Source: Actinomycetota bacterium
GTDB taxonomy: Bacteria; Actinomycetota; UBA4738; HRBIN12
NCBI GenBank assembly: GCA_036556805.1
Contig: DATBIS010000116.1
Location: forward strand, 7,862 to 71,861
Reading direction: 5' to 3'
Length of the DNA stretch: 64,000 bases
Shown: positions 63,136-64,000 of the stretch, in pieces
Layout of the letters: the number at the start of each line of letters is the position of its first letter
Numbering within the stretch: position 1 is the first letter of the stretch
The notes under the pieces: generated by a model
The model's input: only the letters and a program-made list of their open reading frames with translations
The model's database searches: none
What the model was told of the DNA's origin: nothing
Translations under genes and position numbers: made by a program

Positions 63136-64000
63136 ATGGCCGACCCGCTCGCGAGCGTCGAGGACCTCCAGGCCGCCCTGCGCGGGGAGTCCTACCTCGC
63201 CGACCGGGCGCTCGCCACGGCGATCTACCTCGCGCTGTCGATCGACAAGCCGCTCCTGCTCGAGGGCGAGGCGGGCGTCGGCAAGACCGAAGTGGCGAAG
63301 GTGCTCTCGGCCGTCCTCGGCCGCCGCCTGATCCGGCTCCAGTGCTACGAGGGCATCGACGCGGCGCAGGCGCTCTACGAATGGAACTACTCGCGGCAGC
63401 TCATCGCGGTGCGTGCGCTCGACGTCGAGAACGCCGAGACCCACGTCGCCGACCTGTTCGGTCCCGAGTTCCTGGTGGAGCGGCCGCTGCTCGCGGCGAT
63501 CCGCGCCGGCTCGCAGGCGGTGCTGCTCGTCGACGAGCTCGACCGCGCCGACGACGAGTTCGAGGCGTTCCTGCTGGAGATCCTCTCCGAGTTCGCCGTC
63601 ACGATCCCGGAGATCGGTCCGATCCGCGCGGAACGGCCGCCGGCGGTCGTCGTCACGTCGAACCGTACGCGCGAGCTGCACGACGCGCTGAAGCGGCGCT
63701 GCCTGTACCACTGGATCGACCATCCGGCGCTCGAGCGCGAGGTGGAGATCGTCCGCGCGCGCGCGCCGCACGTCGCGCCCGCGCTCGCGCGCGACGTGGC
63801 GGTCGCGGTCGAGCGGCTGCGCACGTTCGACCTCGCGAAGTCGCCCGGCGTCGCCGAGACGATCGATTGGGCGAACGCGCTCGCGTTCATGGGCGCCGAC
63901 GGGCTCACCGAGGACCTCGCCGCCGACACCCTCGGCGCGGTCGTGAAGGACCACGAGGACCAGCTGATCGTCGCGTCGCGCCTGGCCGAGGTCGTCGCCG
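63136..64000 (+). CDS. coxD: MoxR-family AAA+ ATPase (CoxD-like). Only the 5' part is in the window; the gene continues past position 64000
   Basis: ATG at 63136. Walker A GEAGVGKT and Walker B VLLVDELDRA, with MoxR-specific blocks. Not in the ORF track (no in-window stop). Antisense ORFs 63022..63954 and 63387..63929 were rejected. Confidence 0.85.
   Translation, partial: MADPLASVEDLQAALRGESYLADRALATAIYLALSIDKPLLLEGEAGVGKTEVAKVLSAVLGRRLIRLQCYEGIDAAQALYEWNYSRQLIAVRALDVENAETHVADLFGPEFLVERPLLAAIRAGSQAVLLVDELDRADDEFEAFLLEILSEFAVTIPEIGPIRAERPPAVVVTSNRTRELHDALKRRCLYHWIDHPALEREVEIVRARAPHVAPALARDVAVAVERLRTFDLAKSPGVAETIDWANALAFMGADGLTEDLAADTLGAVVKDHEDQLIVASRLAEVVA

Noticed and set aside
63022-63954. 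Minus-strand ORFs 63022..63954 and 63387..63929
   Set aside because: Antisense to the MoxR/CoxD ATPase gene (Walker A/B present in the plus frame). That gene is absent from the track only because it runs off the window end.
1-64000. CRISPR arrays, IS elements, integrases, prophage genes
   Set aside because: No short regularly spaced direct repeats and no transposase/integrase/recombinase-like ORFs seen. The tRNA-Ala at 29914 is flanked by ordinary chromosomal genes with no att-like duplication.

Overview
High-GC (~70%+) bacterial chromosome segment, probably Actinomycetota, though I cannot name the genus from sequence alone. The window is densely coding: about 70 protein genes and one tRNA-Ala(CGC). 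I found no rRNA, CRISPR array, transposase or integrase. Six-frame tracks in high-GC DNA produce many long antisense ORFs (for example 588..3740+, 5704..7881-, 18144..19700-, 54624..57368-). I discarded these where a recognisable protein family lies on the opposite strand. Several starts were re-assigned to internal ATG/GTG codons using family knowledge and signal peptides. The track evidently shows GTG/TTG starts as M.

Content from start to end:
- 1-5.4 kb: a complete SigF partner-switching module. It has a ~926-aa GAF/PAS/PP2C phosphatase, two UsfX/RsbW-like anti-sigma proteins, a STAS antagonist and sigF.
- 5.4-9.8 kb: small membrane proteins and a lipoprotein, then an NRAMP (MntH) transporter translationally coupled to two PRC-barrel proteins, then a Rho_N-domain protein and two hypotheticals.
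- 10-11.7 kb: a second STAS plus HATPase partner-switch pair next to a Crp/Fnr regulator.
- 11.7-29 kb: housekeeping genes (rlmN, tldD/pmbA, uppP, mtnP, galU, moeA, moaC), envelope genes (two large polytopic GT-C-like membrane proteins, an L,D-transpeptidase) and a CpaB-like protein.
- 30-40 kb: secreted beta-propeller-like proteins flanking an amidohydrolase, a class-III aminotransferase, and a divergent HxlR/YceI pair ending in a canonical intrinsic terminator.
- 40.5-41 kb: a small secreted Ca-binding-repeat protein.
- 41-48 kb: a six-gene translationally coupled operon (SCP-x-type thiolases, DUF35 OB-fold proteins including a thiolase-DUF35 fusion, a VOC protein, an acyl-CoA dehydrogenase, a hypothetical), divergent from an Acs-like acyl-CoA synthetase.
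- 48-51 kb: a Tat-exported DUF1800/DUF1501 pair.
- 52-64 kb: a form-II (AYRGAGR) CoxSLM-type molybdenum hydroxylase cluster with CoxG, a MocA-like nucleotidyltransferase, XdhC and a MoxR/CoxD ATPase. Embedded upstream of XdhC are a YpfJ-like Zn peptidase and a flavin-dependent halogenase.

Most novel-looking item: the halogenase (54651-56474) carries WxWxIP and FxxPxxSxG motifs plus a ~150-aa C-terminal extension. Its last ~80 residues look to me like a PqqD/RiPP-recognition-element fold. No biosynthetic cluster surrounds it.
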